Shown here piece by piece: positions 31,540 to 42,442 of a stretch of DNA of 64,000 nt. Every line of letters starts with the position of its first letter. Positions within the stretch are counted from its first letter, which is position 1. This DNA comes from an uncultured Nitrososphaeraceae archaeon. Lineage in GTDB: Archaea > Thermoproteota > Nitrososphaeria > Nitrososphaerales > Nitrososphaeraceae. The position numbers and the translations under genes were made by a program. The notes below the pieces were generated by a model, which had not been told where the DNA came from, searched no databases, and was given only the letters and a program-made list of their open reading frames with translations. The stretch lies in contig CAVZZA010000005.1 of assembly GCA_963779615.1 (NCBI GenBank), positions 736,001 through 800,000 of the forward strand, read 5' to 3'.

Positions 31540-32167
31540 TAGATCTTGCGTAATTGCACCTAAACAGCTTCATGACCTTCAGTTTCTCACTAACCTGTCC
31601 TTTCTTTGCTCACGTATGACAGGTTATCCATAAAACCATTGCTTTTCAAGTCGTTCACCAGCCTAACGGTAAAGGAATTCTATGGCATTTACGATAAGGA
31701 AATACTAAAAGATACATCTTATGGTTAACCGCCAGGGCATCATCATTCACAAAACAAAACACAAGAAAGGACAGCGGCATTACTATGACACCTATAAAAA
31801 GAATCACCCTGTCACTCCAAAGCAGGTTGTCAGCGTGTTTGACCTTGGTTATAGGAGTTGAAAAAGCCTTTCCTGACCAAAAGTCATCAGTGCCAAACAG
31901 AAAGATGAGAAACCGAGTTGATTCAAGAGGAAAAAGAGTACAACCAGAATCACTGCCGAAAAAGGATGGTGATAGAGCATGCCATTTGCAGAATGAAAAA
32001 GTACAGGCCAATGGGAGACACATTCAGAAACAGTCTCAAAAAGCATGACAAATTGTAAGACATGGTGGCAGGACTGGTAAACTACAGAACATTGTCATCG
32101 TTTTAGATAGGCATCAGTCATTGCCGTACTGATAGTGCATATTGTTTCTAATTATGCAAGAGATCTA
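31540..32167 (+). mobile_element. Internally deleted IS5-family (ISL2/DDE_Tnp_4-like) element
   Basis: Imperfect TIRs TAGATCTTGCGTAATT (31540-31555) and AATTATGCAAGAGATCTA (32150-32167); frameshifted transposase C-half: VFDLGY, RMVIEHAICRMKKYR, VAGLVNYR. Confidence 0.82.
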
Positions 32168-32920
32168 TAACTAGGTAAAAAAGAGGATGAAATGGGTTTT
32201 TGCAATTTTGACAATCCAGTGGCTTTATTAAGGCTCTTTGTTGAAACTAAGGGTGCAAGTCTCGGATTCTGCTATTTTTATATCAACCACACTCACATGT
32301 TTTTTATTATTATAACCTAATTATGTTCCAAGGTTATTTCCATACTTGCAGGCATCCTGATCCTTTTGTAGACTAACTTTCCAATCGTGCGACAAGATTT
32401 TTACCAAGGCATATCAATAAGAAAATCCACTAAATGAATATTTTCAATTAGAAACCAATAATATCCTACAGTCCAAAAACCAAAATAATATAACTATAAT
32501 CCCTTTGTGAGATAAATATTTGTAAGGAAGCGATCGGATTTGTCAATTAGACACAGAAACCATCAAAGAGAAAAAATGGACATAAATCAACATACATTAG
32601 TGCTACAAAAAAAAATAACCAATGTCATAATTTTAAAGAATGCAAAAATGACAATACATTATAGTTGAACATGCAACCACTTTGATTTCGAGTAATCATT
32701 GGTTTGATGGTCATCATATTATATTTGAAATTATAAGCCTCATGCAATGCCAAGCCCATGGAGGACGACAAGTGACAATTCATCTGCCTTACATTATCAA
32801 CACCCCCCTAAAACAACAAATATTGAAACGAGTAGGCAGCATGTAGAAGAACAATGGGCAAGTATAAAAAATGCAGCTTAATAAATTAGGTTTACACCAA
32901 CCAAAACAATAATAACTTGG

Positions 32921-33010
32921 TCTCATTTTGTCTCATTTTGTCTCATTTTGTCTCATTTTGTCTCATTTTGTCTCATTTTGTCTCATTTTGTCTCATTTTG
33001 TCTCATTTTG
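32921..33010. repeat. Perfect tandem repeat (TCTCATTTTG)x9
   Basis: Nine exact 10-bp copies overlapping the 3' end of the adjacent gene. Confidence 0.98.
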
Positions 33011-34584
33011 TCTTTAAATCCAGTCAGGGATTTAAAATCACAAGTTGGTTGCTTTAAATCATAAATAACAATATTTTCCGAATGATACACAATTGATGAA
33101 AATAATGGGGCACCATAACTTTTATCAAAATCAAGAAAATACAAGACGGTGTTATTTTTATAGTTATTTTTATGGTCACACAAATAAGCGAATTTTTTTT
33201 CCAAAGATAATAAAAAATTGTTTGTTTGTTTTTTATTCAATGGGGTATCATTCATGCCAACAAAATCTTCGACATAAAGATAAGGTCTTGTTGGATTTAA
33301 AAATAAAGAAAACCACCCTCTTGAGTGTTTTGTTCCGATTATGGTAGAATCATTTGTAGTGTGGGAGTTTATCCAATCAATCGCTTTTAACAGACCGGGG
33401 TTATCATTAATCTCCAATGTGTTAAAAATCATCGAAAATGGGATAATAAACATCGTATTTTCCTTAAAGAAAGAAGGAAGAGAATACGTAACATTGTAGG
33501 GCATCACAGCAAATAGAAATCCGTATACAGTAAAAGCGAACAAAAAGAAAAATATAATTTCTTTTCTCATTCTTCCTTTTCTTGAAGCCAAATAGCTATC
33601 CATTATTGAGAAAAACCCAGAGACTGCGATCAAAGACATATAAACTCCAAAAACAAGCATCCACCGCTCTGGAACAATATAACCGTAATTTGGCACAAAA
33701 ATCCAGGTAAAGGAAAAAATTGCAGTTACTATTAATGGGATCTTTATAATCAAGGTATTGTCATTAAGTTTAGTGGAAAAAAAACCGGGTATGAAAAGAG
33801 GCATCAAAATCCCATAAAGAGACAGAAAGAGAATAGACATGTCAAGTTTGGAAAAAGCATTTTTGTCATATAATGGATTTAGCAACGTATTTAAAAAATC
33901 TGCATTGTTTGAAATAAAAGTGATTTTATCAAAAGCGAAAAAGTAAAAGAAAAAAGTAAAAACGAAAAAGGTATTGATCATAAAAAGGTATTTTTGCTTA
34001 TAAACAAATGAAAAAATAAAAGATACAATGATAAGCAATATACCAATCATGCGATCAGAAAAAACGGTTACAATGGAAATAGAAAAAACGGTTACAATGG
34101 AAATTAAATGAGGAGTTATGTTATTTTTTTCTTTCATGTTATTTATCATCAATAAAAAAAAATTGAACAGAATTAGGGAAAAAAGGTCACGAAATAAATC
34201 CCAAGATACTCTCAAAGTTCCAAGTTGAAAAATAACAAAAACAGTAAAAACTAAACTCATATTTGATGTTTGTTTCATTATTTTTTTGCTCAATAAATAA
34301 ACAGTCACAGAAAAAAAACCATATAAAAGAACAGTAGATATCAAAAATGAATAGTAAATACCAACAGGAGAAACTAATGAAAACAAGTAAACAAGGGCGA
34401 TATAAATCGGAAATTCAGTAATCAATTTGTCCCAATTACTTTCAAAATGATACAGAGTGGGTAGATAATAATTTATAGTATCATATCCCACAGGGTAGGG
34501 AAAGCTGACAACTACCGGCACTAATCGTATCAAACACCCCATGCTAAAAACAACAAGCAGATAAAAAACAGGTTCTTTTCTCAA
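32983..34584 (-). CDS. Polytopic membrane protein, probable GT-C fold glycosyltransferase
   Basis: Many TM helices, first-loop YPVGYDT..YY acidic motif, soluble C-terminal domain with AIDWINSHT. Confidence 0.7.
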   Translation of the reverse strand: MRKEPVFYLLVVFSMGCLIRLVPVVVSFPYPVGYDTINYYLPTLYHFESNWDKLITEFPIYIALVYLFSLVSPVGIYYSFLISTVLLYGFFSVTVYLLSKKIMKQTSNMSLVFTVFVIFQLGTLRVSWDLFRDLFSLILFNFFLLMINNMKEKNNITPHLISIVTVFSISIVTVFSDRMIGILLIIVSFIFSFVYKQKYLFMINTFFVFTFFFYFFAFDKITFISNNADFLNTLLNPLYDKNAFSKLDMSILFLSLYGILMPLFIPGFFSTKLNDNTLIIKIPLIVTAIFSFTWIFVPNYGYIVPERWMLVFGVYMSLIAVSGFFSIMDSYLASRKGRMRKEIIFFFLFAFTVYGFLFAVMPYNVTYSLPSFFKENTMFIIPFSMIFNTLEINDNPGLLKAIDWINSHTTNDSTIIGTKHSRGWFSLFLNPTRPYLYVEDFVGMNDTPLNKKQTNNFLLSLEKKFAYLCDHKNNYKNNTVLYFLDFDKSYGAPLFSSIVYHSENIVIYDLKQPTCDFKSLTGFKDKMRQNETK

Positions 34585-34633
34585 GAAAATTCAATCAAAA
34601 AAACAAAATGAAATAAAATGAAATAAAAACTCA

Positions 34634-35488
34634 TCAAACATATTTTTTTTCCATATTCATGTATCTATCAAGTTCAACAAGTTTATTGAATTCCTTAAAT
34701 TTAATCATTCTATCAATTAAAGGTTTTGTTGTTCCAGTCTGTTGCAATGTTTTAAATGTATCGTAAATAGCAAAAGTTGATGAGAATAATCCAGATAAAG
34801 GAAAAACGGCTATGCGATATCCCAAGTCCAAAAGATCTTTGGACGTCAAATTTGGTGTGATACCCTCTTCAATCATGTTTGCAACTAAAGGAGCATCAAT
34901 TTCAGAAGATATGGCTTTTAATTCCTCAATAGAGTGAGGAGCCTCAACAAACACCACATCAGCACCAATCTCCCTGTACTTTTTTCCCCGTTTTATCGCT
35001 TCGTCAATACCAAGCGGAGCTCTTGCATCGGTTCTTGCAACAATAATAAAATCGCGATTGTTTTTTTTTGCATCAATGGCTGATCTTAATTTGGGTATGT
35101 ACTCATCATCATCAATTACTTCTTTACCACTCATATGTCCACATCGTTTGGGCCAAACTTGATCTTCCAAAAAAATTCCGGATGCGCCAATCTTTTGAAG
35201 ATCGTTTACCAATTTCCAAACAGTTAAAGGGTTACCATATCCGGTATCTACATCGACTATTAATGGAATATCAACTGCCCTGGTTATTCTCCTGGCAGTC
35301 TCCAATGTTTCAGTCATACTAAGAAAACCAAAATCAGGCATTGCCAACATTGAGGCAGAAGTCCCGTATCCCGTTTGAAAAATTGCTTTGAAACCAACGT
35401 GTTCGGCAATTTTTGCGGTTAAGGCATCATACACACCAGGCATAACTAAAATTTCCCCTTTACTGGACAGCAATTCGCTTAATGACAA
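34634..35488 (-). CDS. prpB: Isocitrate lyase/PEP mutase family enzyme (methylisocitrate lyase-like)
   Basis: PGVYDAL, DVDTGYG, EDQVWPKRCGH, ARTDA; exact substrate inferred. Confidence 0.82.
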   Translation of the reverse strand: MSLSELLSSKGEILVMPGVYDALTAKIAEHVGFKAIFQTGYGTSASMLAMPDFGFLSMTETLETARRITRAVDIPLIVDVDTGYGNPLTVWKLVNDLQKIGASGIFLEDQVWPKRCGHMSGKEVIDDDEYIPKLRSAIDAKKNNRDFIIVARTDARAPLGIDEAIKRGKKYREIGADVVFVEAPHSIEELKAISSEIDAPLVANMIEEGITPNLTSKDLLDLGYRIAVFPLSGLFSSTFAIYDTFKTLQQTGTTKPLIDRMIKFKEFNKLVELDRYMNMEKKYV

Positions 35489-35804
35489 ATACTAAGTATG
35501 CTTTTCACTACTTTATATAATTTTAATCCCGTATGAAAAAATGACAAGAATTTGAAATACTGTTTTGTCATAATAATCATCATACACATACATACATACA
35601 CAAATTTTAAAAACTAAATTGCCTATAAAATGATACCATGACATTACAATGGTAATATTCAAGTTTTAATCCATGTCATCAAAAACACATCAGACAACAT
35701 ACACAGCAAAAAAACTCAGAAAGACAATAACGACAATTTTATTGTTTTTATATACAATGCTACAAAAATCAAAAGATATGAATTGTATCCAATAGGATAA
35801 AAAG

Positions 35805-37241
35805 TTACAATTTTGACATAGCAAGATAAATAATTTTGAAGATGTTACTGGCAATATCATATTTATCTTGAATTGGAAAATGGTAATAATTTTTATTTTT
35901 ATCAATTATGAAAACCTCATTTAAATCCGACCCCACAGGTGTTTCTTTTTTACCGACATCATTTGCAACCACCAAATCGGCATCAGCATCGACTATTTTT
36001 TGATAGGATTTTTGAAGCAACACGTCAATGGACACATCATAATCTGCTTTGAATGCAACCAAAAATAAATTTTTATGGGCAATTTTAATTTTATCTATAA
36101 TTTTCACAGTGGGAACAAAAGTAAGGGTTAATGATGGAGTATCGGAATTTATTTTGGAACTAGAATATTCAGAAGGTTTAAAATCTGAAACAGCAGCAGC
36201 TAAAATAACTATATCGTATAATACTGAGTTTAACTCTTTAATAATTACATCATGCATCTGTTTGGAAGTTGTTACATCAAATACTTTGAAATCAACCTTA
36301 TGGAATGATTCATCCCTGATGTCACCTGCGGCGGTAGTGGAACCTTTTACAATTGTAATTTTTGATCCAAAAGTCAGAGCATTTTTCACAAGAGAGATGC
36401 CCATTTTACCTGAGCTTGTGTTGGAAATTATTCTGATAGGGTCCACATATTCTACGGTACTACCAAAGGAAATTAAAATTCGCTTATTTCTAAAAAATTC
36501 ATTCATGGAGTCTTTCTTAATTTCAGAAATTATTTTCTCTGATTTCCTAACAAAAACGATATTTTTGCCATAACTATTGTTATTTTTATTACTGTTTATA
36601 ACATTGTCAACAGAACAATGACTTTTTTCAAGGATACTGATGACTGATTCAAGAACAACATCGATATTGGCAATTTTAGCTTTTCCTTCTTCAATTACGG
36701 GATTTATGAAAACAACGTTGTTTTTTTTTAATTTAACGATATTTTCTTTGATAACATCATTTTGATACATAGATTCGTGCATAGCGGGTGCAATAACTAT
36801 TGGGATTTTTGAACCCAAGGCAACGGATAAAACAGAGGTTGGCGGGGTATCATCTATGCCATTTGCAAACTTACCAATGGTATTAGCAGTAGATGGATAC
36901 ACAATAACTAAATCCGACTTACCGTAATCTGCCACCAATATGTGCTCTAATTTTCCCGATAGCTTGGATATGACTTTGTTGCCACTTGCCCATTCAAAAT
37001 AATCTTTTGAAATAAACTTTTCAACTGTTTTTGACATAACTACAAAAACTTCGGCACCATGCCTTGTTAAAAGGCGAATTAAATCGATGGTTTTGTAACA
37101 CGCCACACTCGCTGTAACACAAACAATAATTTTTTTACGGAATAGTTCAGTTCCAAGTGTTGATTGTATATCCTTTGAAGGGTGAATAAATGGATATCCA
37201 AATTTCTCGGTGTTGGCATCATTTTTATCAGTCATAAACAA
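35805..37241 (-). CDS. coaBC: Bifunctional phosphopantothenoylcysteine decarboxylase/ligase
   Basis: EHI, PSTANTIGK, APAMHESM, DPIRIISNTSSGKMG, AAAVSDF, VAND. Confidence 0.95.
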   Translation of the reverse strand: MFMTDKNDANTEKFGYPFIHPSKDIQSTLGTELFRKKIIVCVTASVACYKTIDLIRLLTRHGAEVFVVMSKTVEKFISKDYFEWASGNKVISKLSGKLEHILVADYGKSDLVIVYPSTANTIGKFANGIDDTPPTSVLSVALGSKIPIVIAPAMHESMYQNDVIKENIVKLKKNNVVFINPVIEEGKAKIANIDVVLESVISILEKSHCSVDNVINSNKNNNSYGKNIVFVRKSEKIISEIKKDSMNEFFRNKRILISFGSTVEYVDPIRIISNTSSGKMGISLVKNALTFGSKITIVKGSTTAAGDIRDESFHKVDFKVFDVTTSKQMHDVIIKELNSVLYDIVILAAAVSDFKPSEYSSSKINSDTPSLTLTFVPTVKIIDKIKIAHKNLFLVAFKADYDVSIDVLLQKSYQKIVDADADLVVANDVGKKETPVGSDLNEVFIIDKNKNYYHFPIQDKYDIASNIFKIIYLAMSKL

Positions 37242-37280
37242 TACACCCCTCTATACAAAACAAATAATAATTAGTTTTTG

Positions 37281-38147
37281 TCAATTATTTTCTTTTCTTT
37301 TATTATTCAAAGAGTAAACATAATTTTCAAATTTTTGTAACTCCTCCCCTGACATATAAGAAGTATGTCCAGCATTTGGAAAGCCGCCAGACCTCACATC
37401 ATTAACATAGTTTTTCAATGCGGTTGAAAATAGAGAGTGTGACTCAGCATAGCGTTTTACAAATTTTGGCTTGATATCATCGTACAACCCCAATAAATCA
37501 TGTAATACAAGTACCTGCCCGTCACATTTATTTCCCGAGCCTATGCCAATTGTTGGGATAGAAACACCTTGAGAAATTTTTTCTGCAGTCTCATCTGTAA
37601 CCATCTCAAGTACTATGCTAAAAGCGCCGGCCTTCTCAAGTTCAAGTGCATCATTGAATAAACCAATGGCAGTTTCACAGGTCTTTCCCTGAACCTTGTA
37701 TCCTTCCCATAATGGAGAAGTTTGGGGCTTTAACCCAATATGCCCCATGACTGGAATGCCTTTTTTTGTGAGGCTTTGTACAAGAGGGGCGACTTCAACA
37801 CCCCCTTCTATTTTTATTGCATTGCACCCCATTTTTATGAATTTTATGGCATTCAAAAAAGCTAAAGACAAATCAGGCTGATATGATCCAAATGGCATAT
37901 CCGCTACAATCAGAGCATTTTTTGATCCATTTATGACCCCTCTACAGAATACAATCATTTCATCAATAGTAACAGGAATTGTACTATTGTATCCGAGCAT
38001 AACCATACCGGCGCTATCACCAACCAAAATTACCTCGATTCCAGAAGTATCACAAATTTTTGCAGTACAGTAATCATAGGCAGTAACAACCACTATTTTT
38101 TCAGATTTGTTCTTTTTTTGCCTAATGTCATTGACACTTAGTCTCAT
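37281..38147 (-). CDS. panB: 3-methyl-2-oxobutanoate hydroxymethyltransferase
   Basis: TAYD, LVGDS, ADMPFGSY, KIEGG, GHIGLKPQ, DGQVLV. Confidence 0.97.
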   Translation of the reverse strand: MRLSVNDIRQKKNKSEKIVVVTAYDYCTAKICDTSGIEVILVGDSAGMVMLGYNSTIPVTIDEMIVFCRGVINGSKNALIVADMPFGSYQPDLSLAFLNAIKFIKMGCNAIKIEGGVEVAPLVQSLTKKGIPVMGHIGLKPQTSPLWEGYKVQGKTCETAIGLFNDALELEKAGAFSIVLEMVTDETAEKISQGVSIPTIGIGSGNKCDGQVLVLHDLLGLYDDIKPKFVKRYAESHSLFSTALKNYVNDVRSGGFPNAGHTSYMSGEELQKFENYVYSLNNKRKENN

Positions 38148-38210
38148 TTTATTTCACAAACACCCAAAGCACAAACAAAATATCAAGCACACATCTTCAC
38201 ACTGCGCCAT

Positions 38211-38978
38211 TTACAGCATTAATGTTTTAGTCAACCTTTTACTTGACCTTATAGTATTGATTGACTCTTTTATGCATTGTTCATTATCATAACAACTGAC
38301 AATTTCTTTTAATTCTTTTTTTGTAGAATTTTTTTTATGGTGTTCTACACATTTTATCAGCTGAGGAATAGATCTGACAACATTATCAACTATCGATATA
38401 TCAGAAGTTATTGATGTTCTTGACAAAGGATTAAGATCAACCGTAATAACCTTTTTATTCATTTTCTTTAAAGCAACAGTTCTATCGCCATCTTCCAAAG
38501 GAACGAAAACCACATCGGCTATAAAAATCCCGTCTGGGTCAACTATTCGTCGGCTGCTTTCCAATTCGGGAACTTCTTTGAATTTGGTTTGTCCTACACC
38601 CAATATTCTTGTTGCTCCATGTTTTTTTAACTCGTTTGCAATCAATTTTTCTCTTTTCTCGGTACGGTAAAAAAGATTTATCTCGATGGATGATCTTTCC
38701 AAAGACCCATTTAACTCGCATATTTCTTTGCCACACAAGGCTGCAGTATTACCATTAACTGATAGGACAGGGTATTCTGCAAGCACAAAAAGAGCCGAAG
38801 CAGCATTTATAGAGTTTAATGCAGATTCAGTGGTCCGCTCGCCCAATAAATAATCAAATGATTCACCCCTACCATGCGCAATCAATCCTTCCCTAGCAAC
38901 AAGACCATTTTCAAAACCATCCACTAATTTTTCTCGTATCATTAAGGAGCAGTAACGGGGGTGATTTTTCGGTATCAT
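38211..38978 (-). CDS. pps: Phosphopantothenate synthetase (archaeal)
   Basis: IPKNHPRY.SL..RE, AHGRGESFDYL, VPLEDGDR, DLNPLSRT. Confidence 0.95.
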   Translation of the reverse strand: MIPKNHPRYCSLMIREKLVDGFENGLVAREGLIAHGRGESFDYLLGERTTESALNSINAASALFVLAEYPVLSVNGNTAALCGKEICELNGSLERSSIEINLFYRTEKREKLIANELKKHGATRILGVGQTKFKEVPELESSRRIVDPDGIFIADVVFVPLEDGDRTVALKKMNKKVITVDLNPLSRTSITSDISIVDNVVRSIPQLIKCVEHHKKNSTKKELKEIVSCYDNEQCIKESINTIRSSKRLTKTLML

Positions 38979-39946
38979 TGTTTTTGGCCCCGTTTAGATT
39001 TATCTTCAATCATCCTGGCCCCATGGTCATCAATATGGCAACAGAGCAACGTTCCATCAAACTGTTTTAACGCACGAGTTACCTTTGGCACTGTTTCTTG
39101 TTCCACAATTGTGAATAGGGTATGACCAAACAATGCAACACCACTTTTGATTCCAATTGAATTAAGGGACAAAAATGGCTCCCTGCAAAAACTATCTAAA
39201 AGGCCGCACTCCCTGGCAAAAACATTAGAAAGGTCTAAAAAAGTATCAATGTTCGGGTGTTGTATTAACTTGTTAATCAACGCTTTTCCTCTCTCATTTA
39301 ATAAATTATTTTTTTCATTAGGGGATATGGATCTACCCAACAAACATTCGGTATTGATAGGTTTTATGCACAAAATTATGGCACGGTAATTTGAAGAGAT
39401 GGGAATTTTTGACACCTTTCCTATTCCAGGGCCTCCGATACTGGTCCTTATTTCAAAGCCACCAGTAAATTCAGATATTACGGTCCCAAGTCCAGTTTTA
39501 CAAATAAAATCTGCATGGTGAGCTACTTGGGCGGCTTGGATTTTGGTCAGATTCGTTTTTAATGCATGGTTGAGAGCATAGGAGAGACTGAGTGCTGCTG
39601 AACCGCTAGAACCAAGGCCATAGCCAATTGGTATTTCAGATTCGTGCTCAACAGAGATGAAAATTGGCTTATCAACCATTTTTAGATAATGTTCTGTGAC
39701 AAATTTAGAAACTTTGGAATCAAGAGAGTTGATGCCGTTTAAACTTATTTTATAGTTTTTACTATAATCATTAAAGACCTTAACAGTTGTACAAATTCCC
39801 CTGCCAATACTAAAACCTGCCCCCAATGAGCCATTAAAATTTGGATGGAGCGTTTGCAATGATTTATCGGTAGCAAAGAAACCAGTTAAATGACCAGGAC
39901 TAAAGGCCTTTGCAATTGATACTGGTTGTTGAGCTACTATAACCAT
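38975..39946 (-). CDS. pok: Pantoate kinase (GHMP family)
   Basis: AFSPGHLTGFF, PIGYGLGSSG, TGLGTV, GGPGIG; ATGA overlap with pps. Confidence 0.93.
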   Translation of the reverse strand: MVIVAQQPVSIAKAFSPGHLTGFFATDKSLQTLHPNFNGSLGAGFSIGRGICTTVKVFNDYSKNYKISLNGINSLDSKVSKFVTEHYLKMVDKPIFISVEHESEIPIGYGLGSSGSAALSLSYALNHALKTNLTKIQAAQVAHHADFICKTGLGTVISEFTGGFEIRTSIGGPGIGKVSKIPISSNYRAIILCIKPINTECLLGRSISPNEKNNLLNERGKALINKLIQHPNIDTFLDLSNVFARECGLLDSFCREPFLSLNSIGIKSGVALFGHTLFTIVEQETVPKVTRALKQFDGTLLCCHIDDHGARMIEDKSKRGQKQ

Positions 39947-40017
39947 TTTGACTTTATTGATATTACCAGTAAATATAAAAATATAGTTTAATTAATTTAA
40001 ACAAGTATAAACTTATC

Positions 40018-41106
40018 ATGACGATCTATAACAGAGCACTACAACAAATAGGAAACAGCATTTTGGTTTCGCTCCCAAGCGAATGGATAAAAAAAAACCT
40101 TTTAACAAAAGGCAAAGTCATAAGCATGGAAACAAATAGTGACAACACAATTTTGATTTACAACATCAACCAGGAACAAGAAATAAAAATAGAGTTTAAC
40201 TATCATTATGATGATCGTGAATTAAGCTCAAAAAATGCGGTTGATGGCAAGAGCAAGGACAACAAGATTTCAGGCGTAGGAAAAACTACAGAGGACATTA
40301 AGATGTTGTTAAACAAGATTTTTGGTGCGTACCTATTGGGGTACAATGTAATAAACATAAAATCCAAAGAATCCATATCTTTTGACGATAGTGAAACAAT
40401 AAAAAAATCCATTAGAAAACTAATAGGTTTAGAGATAGTCGATGAGAATAATTACAATATAAACCTGCAATTTCTTTTAGATGCAAAAACACTGAACATA
40501 GAAAAAATACTGAACATGATGAATTCCATAATCACTGGCATGTTCAGGGAAACAATATATTCTTTGCACGGTAAACCAAACCTGGATTTAAAAAAAAAGA
40601 TAGCCAGCAGAGATGACGAGATAGATAGGCAATATTTCCTATTGGTGAGACTAATAAGAACCGCAATAATGAATAAAAAACTAGCAAGCACTTTGAATTT
40701 AAGCAATATAGACATGCTGGACTACAGAATCGCTGCAAATTATCTTGAGACCGCCGGTGATTTGATAACAGAACTAATATCATATTTATCAGAAATTAAG
40801 GAAGACAAACAAATAGCAGAACTGATAAAAAAAACAGGCAGTTCCCTTGATGAAATGCAAATTTATTCAATAGAAGCATTTACCAAAATGAGCAGAGACA
40901 AGGCTTTTAAAGTGATAGAAAATTATGAGGAATTTAAGATTTCATTGTCAGATCTAAAAAAAAACATCAAATCAAACAAAGATATCCTGATAAACGAAAC
41001 ATCACTTGTGGCAGTTGTAAACATCATAGCGTGCCTTGACAAGATAGCGAAATGCTGGATAGATATAACAGATCTGGCCAAACCAACGTATTTAATCAAA
41101 CCATAA
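40018..41106 (+). CDS. phoU: Phosphate uptake regulator (AbrB-like N-terminus plus PhoU domains)
   Basis: RALQQIGNSILVSLPSEW, RDDEIDRQYFLLVR, YLETAGD. Confidence 0.9.
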   Translation: MTIYNRALQQIGNSILVSLPSEWIKKNLLTKGKVISMETNSDNTILIYNINQEQEIKIEFNYHYDDRELSSKNAVDGKSKDNKISGVGKTTEDIKMLLNKIFGAYLLGYNVINIKSKESISFDDSETIKKSIRKLIGLEIVDENNYNINLQFLLDAKTLNIEKILNMMNSIITGMFRETIYSLHGKPNLDLKKKIASRDDEIDRQYFLLVRLIRTAIMNKKLASTLNLSNIDMLDYRIAANYLETAGDLITELISYLSEIKEDKQIAELIKKTGSSLDEMQIYSIEAFTKMSRDKAFKVIENYEEFKISLSDLKKNIKSNKDILINETSLVAVVNIIACLDKIAKCWIDITDLAKPTYLIKP

Positions 41107-41157
41107 ATAAAGTGCTAGTGGAAAAACAAAAACAGAAAGTTTTTTTAAATTTTTTTG

Positions 41158-42345
41158 TCATCGTTCCCTTTTTCCGCTTACAAAATCCATGAAATTGGAT
41201 TTGGCCTGAGAATAAGGCATCTGAATGGGAGGGTGTTTAAAACAAAAAGCAGAAATGCTCTCAAGCGGTCCGGATATACCCCTGTCCAATGCAATTTTGG
41301 AGGCACGAATAGCATCGATCATAACCCCAGAACTGTTGTATGCATCGGGAACTCTAAGCTTCAAGTCAAGCTCCAATGGCACTTTTCCAAAAAATCTACC
41401 TTTCATATAAATATAACAGACCTTGTCATTCTTCAAAAAACTAACATAATCAGAAGGGCCTATACGCATCGGGATATCATACGGCACCATGGCCTTTACA
41501 GCAGAAGTTTTGCTAACCCTCTTATCTTCAAGTCGCTCTTCATCCAGCATATTATAAAAATCCATATCACCCCCAACGTTTAATTGATATGTTTCATCTA
41601 TTTTTACTCCCCTATCTACCCACAATCTTGCCAGAGTTTTATGAACAACTGTTGCTCCTAGCTGACTCATCACATCATCTCCGGCACAAGGAATGTTTTT
41701 TTCAACAAAACGATTTTGCCAACCTGGATCTGATGCTATAAATACTGGAATGGCATTTACAAAACCGACACCTGCTTCCAGACACTTTTCTGCATAATTC
41801 CTAGTTGCGGTTCTACTGCCAACTGGCAGATAATTAATCAATATGTCAGTATTTGTATCTTTCAATGTTTTTGCAATATCAACAGTCGGGTTTTCAGAAA
41901 TCTTTACCTTTTCGGAGAAATGCCTTCCCGCCCCATCCAAAACATCACCCTTCTGAACTTGCACATCAAAAGACGGAACATCCACTATGTTAATTGCATT
42001 ATTTGGGGACGCAAAAATAGCTTCCGACAAATCCAAACCAACCTTTGTATCAGCAACATCAAAGGCTGCAACAAACTCGATATCTCCAGGCACGTAGCCT
42101 CCAATATCGTAAGAGGTAAGACCAATAGAACTTTCAGTCATGGAGTTAAAAGCACCGTCATCAGCTAAAGAAGAGTTTTTTTGAGATTCTTTACTACCGG
42201 CGTCTGATGTATTGTTCGTAACTTTTTTACCATTAAAACTAGATTTATAATACTGGATTCCCTGGACAAGGGCAGAAGCACAATTTCCAATACCTGCAAT
42301 TGCAACCTTAATTTTTTTTGTCATGAATTTACTATATGTATTCAA
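41158..42345 (-). CDS. ino1: Myo-inositol-1-phosphate synthase
   Basis: GIGNCASALVQG, NYLPVGS, GDD..SQLGAT, YQLNVGG..DF.NM, D..NSSG. Confidence 0.95.
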   Translation of the reverse strand: MNTYSKFMTKKIKVAIAGIGNCASALVQGIQYYKSSFNGKKVTNNTSDAGSKESQKNSSLADDGAFNSMTESSIGLTSYDIGGYVPGDIEFVAAFDVADTKVGLDLSEAIFASPNNAINIVDVPSFDVQVQKGDVLDGAGRHFSEKVKISENPTVDIAKTLKDTNTDILINYLPVGSRTATRNYAEKCLEAGVGFVNAIPVFIASDPGWQNRFVEKNIPCAGDDVMSQLGATVVHKTLARLWVDRGVKIDETYQLNVGGDMDFYNMLDEERLEDKRVSKTSAVKAMVPYDIPMRIGPSDYVSFLKNDKVCYIYMKGRFFGKVPLELDLKLRVPDAYNSSGVMIDAIRASKIALDRGISGPLESISAFCFKHPPIQMPYSQAKSNFMDFVSGKRER

Positions 42346-42442
42346 TCATATTTTTATATAAGTACTTTGTTAAACAACCTTATTTTTAATTTATTGAATA
42401 TTCAAAAGAATTTAATACCGCAAAAACAATATTAGGATGTAT

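Noticed and set aside
32921-33010. 10-bp array as CRISPR or iterons
   Set aside because: No spacers and no replication gene nearby
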